Numbered from the stretch's first letter, positions 40,077 to 50,224 are shown. The stretch is 64,000 nucleotides of DNA from an uncultured Gemmatimonadaceae bacterium (GCA_963761305.1 CAVXGK010000002.1:1984001-2048000); one strand, 5' to 3'. The notes: generated by a model not told the origin, from the sequence alone. Numbers and translations: made by a program.

Positions 40077-40183
40077 GTATCGCGACCATTCTTCCTTCCG
40101 TCGTCGTCCGGCGATTCCGTCAGATTAGCGACTCCAGGTGAAGGTGGGGTGTGTGGGCAACGCCGGCCGGCTTCGGCGGACTT

Positions 40184-40382
40184 CGCCCCCTACTAATAGA
40201 AGTGGGGGCCGACGCGATTTTACTACCGCAACGAAACGTTGCAGCGCGTGAAAACGCTCATTTGCGCGGCATAATAGCCGACGAGCGTCATGCGAGCGTC
40301 ATGCGCACGCCGGGGCGGCGTCGCCTGGAGAGGACATGTGGTAGTAAATCGCGGTTGGCTCCCACTTACTAAGTAGGGGGCG
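40184..40382 (+). other. 199-bp element bounded by ~46-bp imperfect inverted repeats (structured RNA / MITE / REPIN-like)
   Basis: 40184-40230 is the near reverse complement of 40337-40382; each arm is itself a hairpin. Confidence 0.75.
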
Positions 40383-40449
40383 CGAGGAACGCGGTGGCGT
40401 TGCAGCGATCCCTGAACCCGTTCGCCCACATGCCCATTCATCCGCGAAC

Positions 40450-41165
40450 GATGCACGCGAAGTCGCTCCCTCCGGGCATGAAGTCGCGCTCAGCGCGATT
40501 CAAGTTCGGCGCAGCCGAGAGCAACTCGCGTGCAGCCGCCTTTTCGCGTGAAGCGTCGCGGATCACTCACGCTCGGTCCCAGATTCACTCAGCTCCGTCC
40601 GAGATTCACTCAGCTCTGTCCGAGACTCACTCAGCTCCGTCCGAGATTTCACTCAGCTCCGTCCGAGATTCACTCAGCTCCGTCCAAGATTCACCCAGCT
40701 CCGTCCGAGATTTCGCTCAGCTCCGCCGGGATTAACTCGGCTGCGGCCGAGATTCACTCGCCTCCGTCCAATAGTCTCTCTGCTTCTGCCGAGAGTTAGT
40801 TGGCATGATCCCGCGATCGCCTCGCACGATCCCGCGCTCAGCCTCCGCCGGACCGCGTCACGAAAGCCGCGGACCGGATGAAGTCGCGCCCGGAACAGAT
40901 GAAGTCGCCTCCGGACCCGATGAAATCCTGTCCGGACCACATCAAATCGCTTCCGGACCAAATGAAGTCGCCTCCGGACCAGATGAAGTCGCGTCCGGAC
41001 CGCATCAAGTCGCGGCCGGGCCGTATGAAATCGCGTAAGGCCCGCGCGAAGCTCGCTCGAGCCGACGCGCACTCAACGACGGCCGCCGCTGAGTCGCGAC
41101 GCGACGACTCGTAGGACGCTTCAAACGAAGCTTTGATCGCTGAGTCCCGCTTCGAGTCGCCTTCG
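40450..41165. repeat. Degenerate 21-bp tandem array, about 34 units, two conserved sub-blocks
   Basis: gagattcactcagctccgtcc-type units at 40580-40769; ggaccagatgaagtcgcctcc-type units at 40871-41038; common register. Confidence 0.88.
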
Positions 41166-41246
41166 GCCCGACTGACTCCTGTCACATCCGCCCTCTCCCG
41201 GACCGAAGACTCCGTTCCGTTCAGCGCGGACCGACGCTCAGCGACA

Positions 41247-43226
41247 TCAACGCGTCGAGGTACCGTTCGTCGGCAGGACGTGCACGTCGATCCGCGACGT
41301 CATCTTCTGCGTGTGGTACAGCGACATCGTCGCGCTCGTGTAGTCTTCCGGCTTCGCCTCGAAGATGTTCGGCACGAACGTCTGCGGATTCCGGTCGTTG
41401 AGCGGGAACCACGAGCTCTGTACCTGCACCATGATGCGGTGCCCTTTCTTGAACGTGTGGTCGATGTCGGGCATCGCGAAGTGCAGCGAGTCGGCGCGAT
41501 TCGGGAAGAATGCCTCCGGCTTCGACGGATCGTGGCGGTAGCGCGCGCGGAACGGTTCGCCGCGCACGAGCTGCTGGTAGCCCGCCACTTTGAACCCCGT
41601 CGTGTCGCCCGGCCAGTTCGGCGCGTCGTCGGGAAAGACATCGATCAGCTTGACGTCGAAGTCGGCGTCGGTGCCGGTCGTCGACACGTAGAGCGTGGGC
41701 GCGACCGGGCCGACGATGGTCACGTCCTCGGTGAGTGGCTCGGTTTCATACGTGAGCACGTCGGCGCGCGCCGAGGCGAATCGCTGGTCGCCGCTCATGT
41801 AGTCGCGCGGCATGCCGTTCGAATCCTTGCGGCCGACGACAGGCACCGGCTTTGTCGGATCGCTCGTGTACTGGTCTGTCGCCAGCAGTTGCCAGGCCTC
41901 CGCGCCTGCGCCCGGGCGATCGGGCGTGCTCGATCCTGCCCAACCCAGCTTCTTGCCTGAAAGAAAATAGAGCGACTTCTTCACCGCCGATTTCGGCGGC
42001 ATGGCGTCGAACCGATCCCACCGTTCGCCGCCGGTGCGATACACGAGCACTTTCGGCAACGGCGCCATGACGTCGCCCTTCAGGTACTGCAGGAAGAACG
42101 GCAGCTCGACTGAGTCGCGGAACCACGGACCGGTCTTCGTCGCCCAACGCAGCGTGCCGTGCGAGTTGCCGTCACCGCGCGACCAGCCGCCGTGGGCCCA
42201 CGGCCCGATCGCTATGTGATTGTCCGAGCCCGGCGCGAGCCGTTCGATGCCTCGAAACGTGCGCCATGGTCCCGCGAGATCCTCGGCGTCGTAGTAGCCG
42301 CCGACTTGCAGCATCGCCGGCACGCGCTTCACATGGCGGCTGATGTCGCGCGATTGCCAGTAGTCGTCGTAGCTCGGGTGGTGCATGACGATGTCCCACA
42401 GCGGCGCCGTCTCGGGCGGCAGCCATTTGCGCGACCCGGGGCCGACGGCGCCCAGCGAGAGATAGAACGCGTAGGCGTCGTCGCCTTCTTGCGGGCGCGG
42501 ATAGCGCGGATCGGGGCCGGGCGGATTGGCGCGCGGCGTCCGGCCGTAGCCTTGATAGAAATCGAAGTTCGCCGCGAGCATGAACGCGCCGTTGTGGAAC
42601 AGGTCGTCGCCCATCCACAGATCGGTCATCGGCGCGCCGGGCTCGCAGGCCTTGAGCGCCGGGTGCGGGTCGATGCAGCTCGCGGTCGTGTAGAAGCCGG
42701 GATACGACGTTCCGTAAATGCCGACTCGCGCGTTGTTGTGCGGCACGTTCTTCACCAGCCAATCGATGGTGTCGTACGTGTCCGTCGACTCGTCGACGTC
42801 GGTCCTGGACGTCTTCACGTCCTTGTGCGGCGTCATCTCGGTGTAATTCCCTTCCGAGTAGTACCGCCCGCGCGCGTCCTGATAGACGAAAATGAATCCC
42901 GACTCGGCGAACTTGGGATTCCCGCTCGGGCCGAGCGACGGCCGATACGCGTCCGCACCGTAGGGCGCGACGCCGTACGGCGTGCGGTCCATGAGGAACG
43001 GATACGACCGCGAGCTGTCGCGCGGAATGTAGATCGACGTGAACAGCGTGACGCCATCGCGCATCGGAATCCGCACTTCGAGCTTCCGATAGCCGGCCTT
43101 CACCGCCTCGGCCATCGCCGGATTCGCGCCGCGTTGCGCGGAGGCCGGCGGCGGGCAAATGAAGAGCGCTGAAACCGTGGCCGCGGCCAACGTTGCGGAG
43201 CGGACGTGGCGGATGCTCGGGAACAC
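41247..43226 (-). CDS. CocE/NonD family serine hydrolase (alpha-amino acid ester hydrolase-like), secreted
   Basis: IPMRDGVTL, RTPYG, QDARG, GTSYPG, GYYDAED, GPWAHGGW, QSSWFP. Confidence 0.93.
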   Translation of the reverse strand: MFPSIRHVRSATLAAATVSALFICPPPASAQRGANPAMAEAVKAGYRKLEVRIPMRDGVTLFTSIYIPRDSSRSYPFLMDRTPYGVAPYGADAYRPSLGPSGNPKFAESGFIFVYQDARGRYYSEGNYTEMTPHKDVKTSRTDVDESTDTYDTIDWLVKNVPHNNARVGIYGTSYPGFYTTASCIDPHPALKACEPGAPMTDLWMGDDLFHNGAFMLAANFDFYQGYGRTPRANPPGPDPRYPRPQEGDDAYAFYLSLGAVGPGSRKWLPPETAPLWDIVMHHPSYDDYWQSRDISRHVKRVPAMLQVGGYYDAEDLAGPWRTFRGIERLAPGSDNHIAIGPWAHGGWSRGDGNSHGTLRWATKTGPWFRDSVELPFFLQYLKGDVMAPLPKVLVYRTGGERWDRFDAMPPKSAVKKSLYFLSGKKLGWAGSSTPDRPGAGAEAWQLLATDQYTSDPTKPVPVVGRKDSNGMPRDYMSGDQRFASARADVLTYETEPLTEDVTIVGPVAPTLYVSTTGTDADFDVKLIDVFPDDAPNWPGDTTGFKVAGYQQLVRGEPFRARYRHDPSKPEAFFPNRADSLHFAMPDIDHTFKKGHRIMVQVQSSWFPLNDRNPQTFVPNIFEAKPEDYTSATMSLYHTQKMTSRIDVHVLPTNGTSTR

Positions 43227-43363
43227 GCGAGATCCTCGGGTGAGGGGGGGAACGGAGTAAACGCACGCACAGGGACGAGATGTTCGCAAGGTCCACCCGG
43301 GCGAACGCACAAACGCGCGACGCCGTCTCGACTCTTTCTCCCGAGCGCGGTATCCTCGTCGCC

Positions 43364-44785
43364 ATGCGATCATCCATGCTCTCCTGCGTCGTCCTCGCGG
43401 CGGCGACCTCCGCGCTCGTCGCGCAGCGACCGACGCTCGCGCCCGCGGTTCGCCAATTCGTGCAGGTCGACACGTCGGTCGTCGCACTGACGCACGTGCG
43501 CGTGATCGACGGCACCGGTGCGCCGGCGCGCGCCGATCAGACGGTCGTGATTCGCGACGGCCGCATCGCGACGGTCGGTCCGTCGTCGTCCACCGCCGCG
43601 CCGCCGGGCGCGCTGGTGATGGATCTCTCGGGCAAGTCGGTGATCCCCGGGCTCGTCATGGTGCACGAGCATCTCTTCTATCCGACCGGACCCGGCGTGT
43701 ACGCGTACTTGGCCGAGAGCTTCACGCGACTCTATCTCGCCGGCGGCGTGACGTCGATGCGCAGCGGCGGGAACATGAACGGCTTCGGCGAGATCAACGT
43801 CAAGCGTTCGATCGACCGCGGCGAGCGCGCGGGTCCGTGGATCGACGCCACCGCGCCGTACCTCGAGGGTCCCGGGCTTGGCTTGCCGCAGGTGCACGAG
43901 CTGACCGACGCCGCCGACGCGCGCCGCCAAGTCGACTACTGGACCGACATGGGCGCGTCGTCGCTCAAGGCGTACATGCACATCACGCGCGACGAGCTCA
44001 AGGCGGCGATCGACGAAGGGCACAAGCGCGGCATCAAGACGACCGGCCATCTCTGCTCGGTCACCTATCGCGAAGCGGCGGAGCTGGGGATCGACAATCT
44101 CGAGCACGGGTTCTTCGCGTCGACCGATTTCGTCGCCGACAAGAAACCGGACGTCTGTCCGGGTCAGAACGTGGGACAGGCATCGATCGCCGCGCTCGAC
44201 ACGGCGGGTGCGCCATTCAAGTCTCTCGTCGAGGATCTCGTGAAGCGGCACGTCGCGCTCACGTCGACGCTCACGGTGTTCGAGACGTTCACGCCGGGGC
44301 GTCCCGAGCCGCCGGGGCTCGACGTCCTCATCCCGGAACTGCGCGACCAGTTCGAGCAGCGCTACAAGGCGGCGCAGGCGAACGCGCGCTCGACGTACGC
44401 CGCGCTTTTCCCCAAGGAGCGCGCGATGGAGATCGGCTACATGCGCGCCGGCGGCTTGCTCATCGCCGGCACCGATCCCACCGGCGGCGGCGGCGTGATT
44501 CCCGGATACTCGGATCAGCGACAGCTCGAGCTGCTCGTCGAGGGCGGACTCACGCCGCTCGAGGCGATCAAAGTCGGGACGATGAACGGTGCGACCTACC
44601 TCGGCCGAGCCGACAAGATCGGATCGATCGCCGCCGGCAAACAGGCGGACTTGGTGGTGATCGACGGCGATCCGTCGGCGCGGATCGAGGACATTCGCAA
44701 AGTCTCAGTCGTGTTCAAGCAAGGGGTCGGCTACGACCCGGCGAAACTGATCGCGTCGGTGCGCGGGAAGGTCGGATTGTTCTAA
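43364..44785 (+). CDS. Amidohydrolase superfamily protein, secreted
   Basis: IPGLVMVHEH, KAY, TGH, LEHG, AGTD, ADLVVIDGDP. Confidence 0.9.
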   Translation: MRSSMLSCVVLAAATSALVAQRPTLAPAVRQFVQVDTSVVALTHVRVIDGTGAPARADQTVVIRDGRIATVGPSSSTAAPPGALVMDLSGKSVIPGLVMVHEHLFYPTGPGVYAYLAESFTRLYLAGGVTSMRSGGNMNGFGEINVKRSIDRGERAGPWIDATAPYLEGPGLGLPQVHELTDAADARRQVDYWTDMGASSLKAYMHITRDELKAAIDEGHKRGIKTTGHLCSVTYREAAELGIDNLEHGFFASTDFVADKKPDVCPGQNVGQASIAALDTAGAPFKSLVEDLVKRHVALTSTLTVFETFTPGRPEPPGLDVLIPELRDQFEQRYKAAQANARSTYAALFPKERAMEIGYMRAGGLLIAGTDPTGGGGVIPGYSDQRQLELLVEGGLTPLEAIKVGTMNGATYLGRADKIGSIAAGKQADLVVIDGDPSARIEDIRKVSVVFKQGVGYDPAKLIASVRGKVGLF

Positions 44786-44795
44786 CGATCGCCCG

Positions 44796-44840
44796 AAAAG
44801 AAAGACGGGCTCGGCGAGTCGCCGAGCCCGTCTTGTCTTC
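44796..44840. terminator. Bidirectional intrinsic terminator between convergent genes
   Basis: aagacgggctcggcg/cgccgagcccgtctt perfect stem with A-rich left and T-rich right flanks. Confidence 0.8.
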
Positions 44841-44854
44841 AGGAAGAATCGAGG

Positions 44855-46114
44855 CTAGAACGCGCCGGTGCCGCGCGGGGTTCCGTTGCCGGTCGGACCG
44901 TCGTACTTCGGGCCGGCCGTGCAGAGATAAGAACCTCCGCAACTTCCGTTGCTGCCTGAGATCACGTCGAACAGCGAGGTCGCGGCGGCGGAATAGGAGA
45001 ACGAAGCCGAGTTGGCCGTCGACGCGTTCCCAGCGAGCGCGTAGACCGCGCCGATCAACGGAGCGGCGACGCTCGTCCCGCCGAAGACCAGCCATCCGCC
45101 CCGCCGGCCGAGCCCGTACGTGTCGTAGACCGCGACGCCGGTGTTGGGATCGGCGACGGCCGACACGTCGGCGACTGTCCGGTTCGCCGGGCAACCGGCG
45201 TCGTGCTGCCACGCCGGCTTCGTTTCGTATGCGCTGCAACCGCTGCCCGCGCCGGACCAGACCGTTTCGTTGAACGACGAGCCGCTTCGCGTGAGGCTCG
45301 TTCCGCCGACTGCGGTCACGTATTGCGACGCAGCCGGGTATTCGGCGCCGTAGCCGGCGTCGCCCGAGCTGACCGTAATCGTGACTCCGGGGTGGTTGTA
45401 GAACGAGTCCCAGCTGGTTTCGCCATTGAACTCGCTTCCGCCGTACGAGTTGGAGATCACGTTGGCGCCGAGGTTCGCGGCCTCGTTCTCAGCGGTTGCG
45501 AGATCGCTGAACGAGTTCGAAGTCGCCTCGACGAGAATGATCTTGCAGTTCGGACAGACGGCGCTGACCATGTCCAGGTCGAGCGAAATCTCTTCCGCCC
45601 AGCCCGTGTTGCCGCGCGGCAGGCCGGTGGTGGTCCCCTTCTGGCTGACCTTCCTGAAGCATCCGTTGGCTGTCGTGCACGCCGACAACCCGAACTGCTT
45701 TCGGTAAACGCCGAGATCCGCTTCCGCATTGGGATCGTCATACGCGTCGACGATTGCGACGGTTTGCCCAACGCCGCCGGCCGGAAGTTTGTAGGCGCTC
45801 ACCAGATCGGCAGGACCGTACCCCGCCGGAGTGGGGTTCGCGACCGGTTGGCCACCCTTATCGACGGTGATCCAGGAGTGGCACTGCGCTTCGCCGTCCG
45901 ATGGAATCGGGCAGACTTTCGTGTGGCCGTACGCGTTGCCGTTGTTTCCGTTGCTGCCGTTCCCACCGTTGGGAATTCCGCCGGCATCGCGCGAGGGACT
46001 CGCGCTCGGGGCCGCGGTCGGAATGACACTGTCAGACGAACACGCGGCGAGGGCGAAGGTGGCAGCGCACGAGACGATCGTGGCGACGCGCACCGTGAGA
46101 CTCGATTCGGCCAT
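44855..46114 (-). CDS. S53 (sedolisin-like) serine peptidase, lipoprotein
   Basis: LAAC lipobox; EISLDLD, SSGDAG, VTAVGGT, GGTSVAAP, YDGPTGNGTP. Confidence 0.88.
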   Translation of the reverse strand: MAESSLTVRVATIVSCAATFALAACSSDSVIPTAAPSASPSRDAGGIPNGGNGSNGNNGNAYGHTKVCPIPSDGEAQCHSWITVDKGGQPVANPTPAGYGPADLVSAYKLPAGGVGQTVAIVDAYDDPNAEADLGVYRKQFGLSACTTANGCFRKVSQKGTTTGLPRGNTGWAEEISLDLDMVSAVCPNCKIILVEATSNSFSDLATAENEAANLGANVISNSYGGSEFNGETSWDSFYNHPGVTITVSSGDAGYGAEYPAASQYVTAVGGTSLTRSGSSFNETVWSGAGSGCSAYETKPAWQHDAGCPANRTVADVSAVADPNTGVAVYDTYGLGRRGGWLVFGGTSVAAPLIGAVYALAGNASTANSASFSYSAAATSLFDVISGSNGSCGGSYLCTAGPKYDGPTGNGTPRGTGAF

Positions 46115-46258
46115 CGGAACTCTCCGGTCGGGGGATGGCAGGGGATCGAACATACTATAGAAACCGCGCGTCACGGACAAGCGAAAAGCTGATTCGCATT
46201 TTGCCACACGCTAAAGCTCGCGCTCAACCGTGCGGCGGGCGGCTTGCCGCCGGTCACC

Positions 46259-46654
46259 TCACCGCCAAGCGGAAAGAATGACCGCCGCGATGATGAACGA
46301 CACCAGATTGTATCCCGACTCGATGGCCCATTGCGCGTGTTGTTTTCCGCCCGCCGCCGCCGTCGCGTAACTCGTCGCGCCGGCGAACCCTAGCCAACAC
46401 AGAATCGCGAAACCAAATGCGCGACCCGCCTCCATCGGTCCGGCGTGGTTGAGAATCATGGCCATCCCCCACGACGTGAGGAGCGCGCACACGAACAGTT
46501 GGGCGAACAGCACGGCTCCGGGTGACCCCATCGGACCGGTCACGCCTTGCATTCGGCGCCACGGGTTCGCGAAGAGCAGCGAGAACCACAGACCGCCGAG
46601 CACGAACAGCACGATGGCCGACACCAGCACGGCGAGATAGTTGACCGGCGGCAT
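46259..46654 (-). CDS. DUF1761-like membrane protein
   Basis: NYLAVLVSA..F.LGGLWFS.LF..PW; IESGYNL. Confidence 0.8.
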   Translation of the reverse strand: MPPVNYLAVLVSAIVLFVLGGLWFSLLFANPWRRMQGVTGPMGSPGAVLFAQLFVCALLTSWGMAMILNHAGPMEAGRAFGFAILCWLGFAGATSYATAAAGGKQHAQWAIESGYNLVSFIIAAVILSAWR

Positions 46655-46666
46655 GTGAGGGCTCCC

Positions 46667-46708
46667 GGTGGACGGGTGGACGGGTGGACGGGTGGACAGG
46701 TGGATCGG
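46667..46708 (+). repeat. Octamer tandem repeat GGTGGA(CG/CA/TC) x5
   Basis: ggtggacg ggtggacg ggtggacg ggtggaca ggtggatc. Confidence 0.85.
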
Positions 46709-46862
46709 TACTGCACGAGCATCACAGCGACGAGAATGCAGACGAACTCGGCCGAGAGGATGGCGACGTCATGCGCTCCTTGGCAAGTTTACCAGGCGCC
46801 CGGTTGGGCGCCCCAACAAAGTTCTATCTCTCCCTCCCATCTCTTCGTTGGAGCAATTCGGC

Positions 46863-49800
46863 ATGACTCGACGGCTTGTTCGAGCCGGTGCGTCGGCGTT
46901 CCTGGCGATCGGCGGTGTCGCCGCCGCGGTTGGACTGACCGGCGGCGCGGAACGTCCTGCGTATCCCGTTCGCTCTCCAGTTACCGATTCCGTGATCCTG
47001 CGCGGAATGCGGTGGCGCAGCATCGGGCCCGATCGCGGCGGACGATCCATCGCCATCTCCGGCGTGAAGGGCCAGCCGAAGGTCGGCTACTTCGGCGCGA
47101 CCGGCGGCGGTCTCTGGAAGACGACCGACGGGGGCGAGCACTGGACGAACGTGACCGACGGCCAGATCAACAGCTCGTCGGTCGGCGCGGTGGCCGTCTC
47201 GGAGACTGACCCGAACATCGTCTTCATCGGGATGGGTGAGTCGTGCATTCGCGGCGACGTCCAGCCGGGCGACGGCGTCTACAAGTCGACCGACGCGGGC
47301 AAGACGTGGACGCACATCGGATTCTCGAAATCCGACGCGATCTCGCGCATCCGCGTTCATCCGACGAATCCGAACATCGTGTTCGTCGCCGACTTCGGGA
47401 AATACGGCGTGCCGAGCGAGGAGCGCGGTGTCTACAAGAGCACCGACGGCGGCGCGACGTGGAAGCGCGTGTTGTTCACCAGTCCGAACGTCGGCGCGGC
47501 GGACGTCGAGATCGACCGCACGAACCCGAACGTCATGTACGCGTCGCTGTGGGAGGCGTATCGCAAAGAGTGGATGATGTCGAGCGGCGGTCCGGGGAGC
47601 GCGATCTACAAGTCCACCGATGGCGGCGAGACCTGGACCGACATCACCCATGTGAGCGGCCTCCCGGCGGGTATAGACGGCAAAATCGGCCTCTCCATCT
47701 CGCCCGTCGACCCGAATCGCGTGTTCGCACTGATCGAGAACGAGAACGGCGGCCTGTTCCGGACCGACGACGCCGGCGCGACGTGGTCGATGGTCAACAA
47801 CGAGCGGCGGTTTCGCCAGCGCGCGTTCTACTACACACACGTCTTCGCCGACACAAAGAACAAGGATCTCGTCTACGTCGAAAACGTCGGCACATTCCGT
47901 TCGCGCGACGGCGGAAAGACGTTCGCGCAGCAGCAGTTCGCCCGGGGCGATTCGCACGACATGTGGGTCGATCCGGACGACGACAACCACGTGTTGCACG
48001 CCGCCGACCCGGGCGGTGACATCACGTTCAATGCGACGGCGGAGACGCCCACGTGGAGCTCGGTCGACTATCCGACCGGTCAGTTTTATCATGTCGTCGC
48101 CACGCCGGGCGAGCCGTACTTCGTGTGCGGATCGCAGCAGGACGAGAGCGAGATGTGCGTTCCGACGGCACCGCCGCCCGCGTTCGGCGGTCGTGGCGGC
48201 GGAGGCGGCGGGCGCGGCGGTGGACCGGCGCAGTTCAGCCCCGGCGGCTCGGAAGACGGCTACATCGCGCCCGATCCGCGCGACCCGGACATTTTTTACT
48301 CCGGCACCAACGCAAACGGCGGCGGCTTTCTCACGAAACTCAATCGCCGAACGGGCGAGGTCCGAGAGGTGAGCCCGTACCCGCGCATGTTCTCGGGCGA
48401 AGAGTCGGCGGTCATCAAGGAACGCTGGCAGTGGACGTACCCGATCATCTTTTCGCCGGTCGATAAGAAAACGCTCTACACCGGCTCGCAGCATCTCTGG
48501 AAGACGACCAACGGCGGCGACAGCTGGGAGCGGATCAGCCCCGACCTCACGCGTCACGATCCCAAGACGATGGGTCCGTCCGGCGGTCCGATCACGCGCG
48601 ACATGAACGGACCCGAGGTCTACGCGGTGATCTTCTCGATCGCGCCATCCAAGCGCACGACGAACGTCGTCTGGACGGGCTCCGACGACGGCGTCGTGAG
48701 CGTCACGAAGGACGGCGGCAAGACCTGGAGCACCGTCACGCCGAAGGACATGCCGGACTTCGGGCGCGTCAGTCTGATCGACGCGTCGGCCTTTGATTCG
48801 GCGACCGCGTACGTGGCGGTCAAGCGTTTCCTCAACGACGACAAGGCGCCGTACATCTATCGCACGCACGACATGGGCAAAACGTGGACGAAGATCGTCA
48901 CCGGAATTCCTGGCGACGACTTCGTGCACGCCGTGCGCGAGGATCCGACCCGAAAAGGACTGCTCTACGCGGCGACGCAGCACGGCGTCTACGTCTCATT
49001 CGACGACGGCGATCACTGGGAGTCGCTCAACCTGAACCTGGCCGACATCCCGATGTGGGATCTCATCGTCACCGAGCGCGACATCGCCGTCTCGTCGCAC
49101 GGCCGAGGGTTCTACATCCTCGACAACGTCGAACCGCTCCGGCAGTACAACGCCGCGGCGATGGCGAGCGCCGATCCGGTACTCTTCAAACCCGCGCCGG
49201 CGTATCGCTCCGGCACGCAGGCGACGATTCAGTACGTTCTCAAGGGGCCGGCGCGGAGCGTTCGGATCGAGATTCTGGACGCGAAGGGGCAAGTGATTCG
49301 CGCGTATCCCGACACGACGAACGGTGGCGGCCGAGGCGGACGCGGCGGCGGGGGTGCGGCGCTGATTGCCGCCAACGCCGGCGTGCCCGGCGCAGGCGCG
49401 GATTCCGCTGCGGGCGCTGATGCTGCCGGCCGCGGCGGTCGAGGGGGACGCGGCGGATTCGGCGGCGGCGCGGCGAATCCGGGCCGCAACCCCGGCCTCA
49501 ATTCGTTCGTTTGGGATCTTCAATACGCCGGCGCCACGACATTCCCGGGCATGGTTCTCTGGGGCGGGTCGACCAACGGTCCGTCCGCGCCGCCGGGTAA
49601 GTACGCGGTGCGACTCACCGCCGATGGCAAAACGCTCACGCAGCCGCTCGTCGTCAAGCGCAATCCGATGCACCAGGCCACCGACGCCGATCTTCAGGCG
49701 CAGTTCGCGCTCGCGATCCAGTTGCGCGACAGGGTCAGCGAGGCGAACGGAGCGGTCGTTCAGTCGCGCGACGTGAAAGGCCAGGTCGACGACCGCCTCA

Positions 49801-50150
49801 AGAAATCGCAGGACGACAAGCTGAAGGCCGCCGGCGACAAGCTCTCGAAGGACCTGAACGCGGTCGAAGAAGAGATCTACCAAGTAAGGAATCAGAGCGG
49901 CCAGGATCCGCTCAACTTCCCGATCAAGGTCAACAACCGGCTCGCTGCGCTGCTCGGCGTCGTGTCGCGCGGTGACGACAAGCCGATCGCGAGCGCCTAC
50001 ACGATCTTCGGCGACCTCAAGGGCGAGCTCAAGACGCAAACGGACCGCCTGCAGATCGTCTTCAAGAACGATGTCCAGGCGTTCAACGCCGAGGCCAAGC
50101 GGCTGGGACTCGACCCGATCGTGATCAACAAGCAGCCGGTCGTGTTCTAG
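46863..50150 (+). CDS. VPS10/BNR-repeat beta-propeller protein (glycosyl-hydrolase-like), secreted
   Basis: WRSIGPDRGGRS, BNR repeats, RQRAFYY, SHGRGFYILD, QDPLNFPIK. Confidence 0.9.
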   Translation: MTRRLVRAGASAFLAIGGVAAAVGLTGGAERPAYPVRSPVTDSVILRGMRWRSIGPDRGGRSIAISGVKGQPKVGYFGATGGGLWKTTDGGEHWTNVTDGQINSSSVGAVAVSETDPNIVFIGMGESCIRGDVQPGDGVYKSTDAGKTWTHIGFSKSDAISRIRVHPTNPNIVFVADFGKYGVPSEERGVYKSTDGGATWKRVLFTSPNVGAADVEIDRTNPNVMYASLWEAYRKEWMMSSGGPGSAIYKSTDGGETWTDITHVSGLPAGIDGKIGLSISPVDPNRVFALIENENGGLFRTDDAGATWSMVNNERRFRQRAFYYTHVFADTKNKDLVYVENVGTFRSRDGGKTFAQQQFARGDSHDMWVDPDDDNHVLHAADPGGDITFNATAETPTWSSVDYPTGQFYHVVATPGEPYFVCGSQQDESEMCVPTAPPPAFGGRGGGGGGRGGGPAQFSPGGSEDGYIAPDPRDPDIFYSGTNANGGGFLTKLNRRTGEVREVSPYPRMFSGEESAVIKERWQWTYPIIFSPVDKKTLYTGSQHLWKTTNGGDSWERISPDLTRHDPKTMGPSGGPITRDMNGPEVYAVIFSIAPSKRTTNVVWTGSDDGVVSVTKDGGKTWSTVTPKDMPDFGRVSLIDASAFDSATAYVAVKRFLNDDKAPYIYRTHDMGKTWTKIVTGIPGDDFVHAVREDPTRKGLLYAATQHGVYVSFDDGDHWESLNLNLADIPMWDLIVTERDIAVSSHGRGFYILDNVEPLRQYNAAAMASADPVLFKPAPAYRSGTQATIQYVLKGPARSVRIEILDAKGQVIRAYPDTTNGGGRGGRGGGGAALIAANAGVPGAGADSAAGADAAGRGGRGGRGGFGGGAANPGRNPGLNSFVWDLQYAGATTFPGMVLWGGSTNGPSAPPGKYAVRLTADGKTLTQPLVVKRNPMHQATDADLQAQFALAIQLRDRVSEANGAVVQSRDVKGQVDDRLKKSQDDKLKAAGDKLSKDLNAVEEEIYQVRNQSGQDPLNFPIKVNNRLAALLGVVSRGDDKPIASAYTIFGDLKGELKTQTDRLQIVFKNDVQAFNAEAKRLGLDPIVINKQPVVF

Positions 50151-50224
50151 GACCGATCGACCAAACTTTTTTGGGGGGTTGGGGTGTCGAACGAGGACGC
50201 CCCAACCCTGTCGCCGAGTATTGG

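Noticed and set aside
40184..40382. tmRNA, tRNA, RNase P or SRP RNA
   Set aside because: No tRNA-like ends, T-loop, or RNase P/SRP signature sequences could be found by eye.
40580..41040. Possible CRISPR array
   Set aside because: Units are contiguous 21-mers with no unique spacers, and there are no cas genes in the window.
40394..41185. Short ORFs over the 21-bp array as genuine CDS
   Set aside because: Several frames are open on both strands because of the repeat; none is clearly preferred or continuous.
50176..50208. Hairpin after the VPS10 gene as an intrinsic terminator
   Set aside because: The stem is real (gggttggggtgtc/gacgccccaaccc), but the T-run precedes it, so it fits neither strand well.
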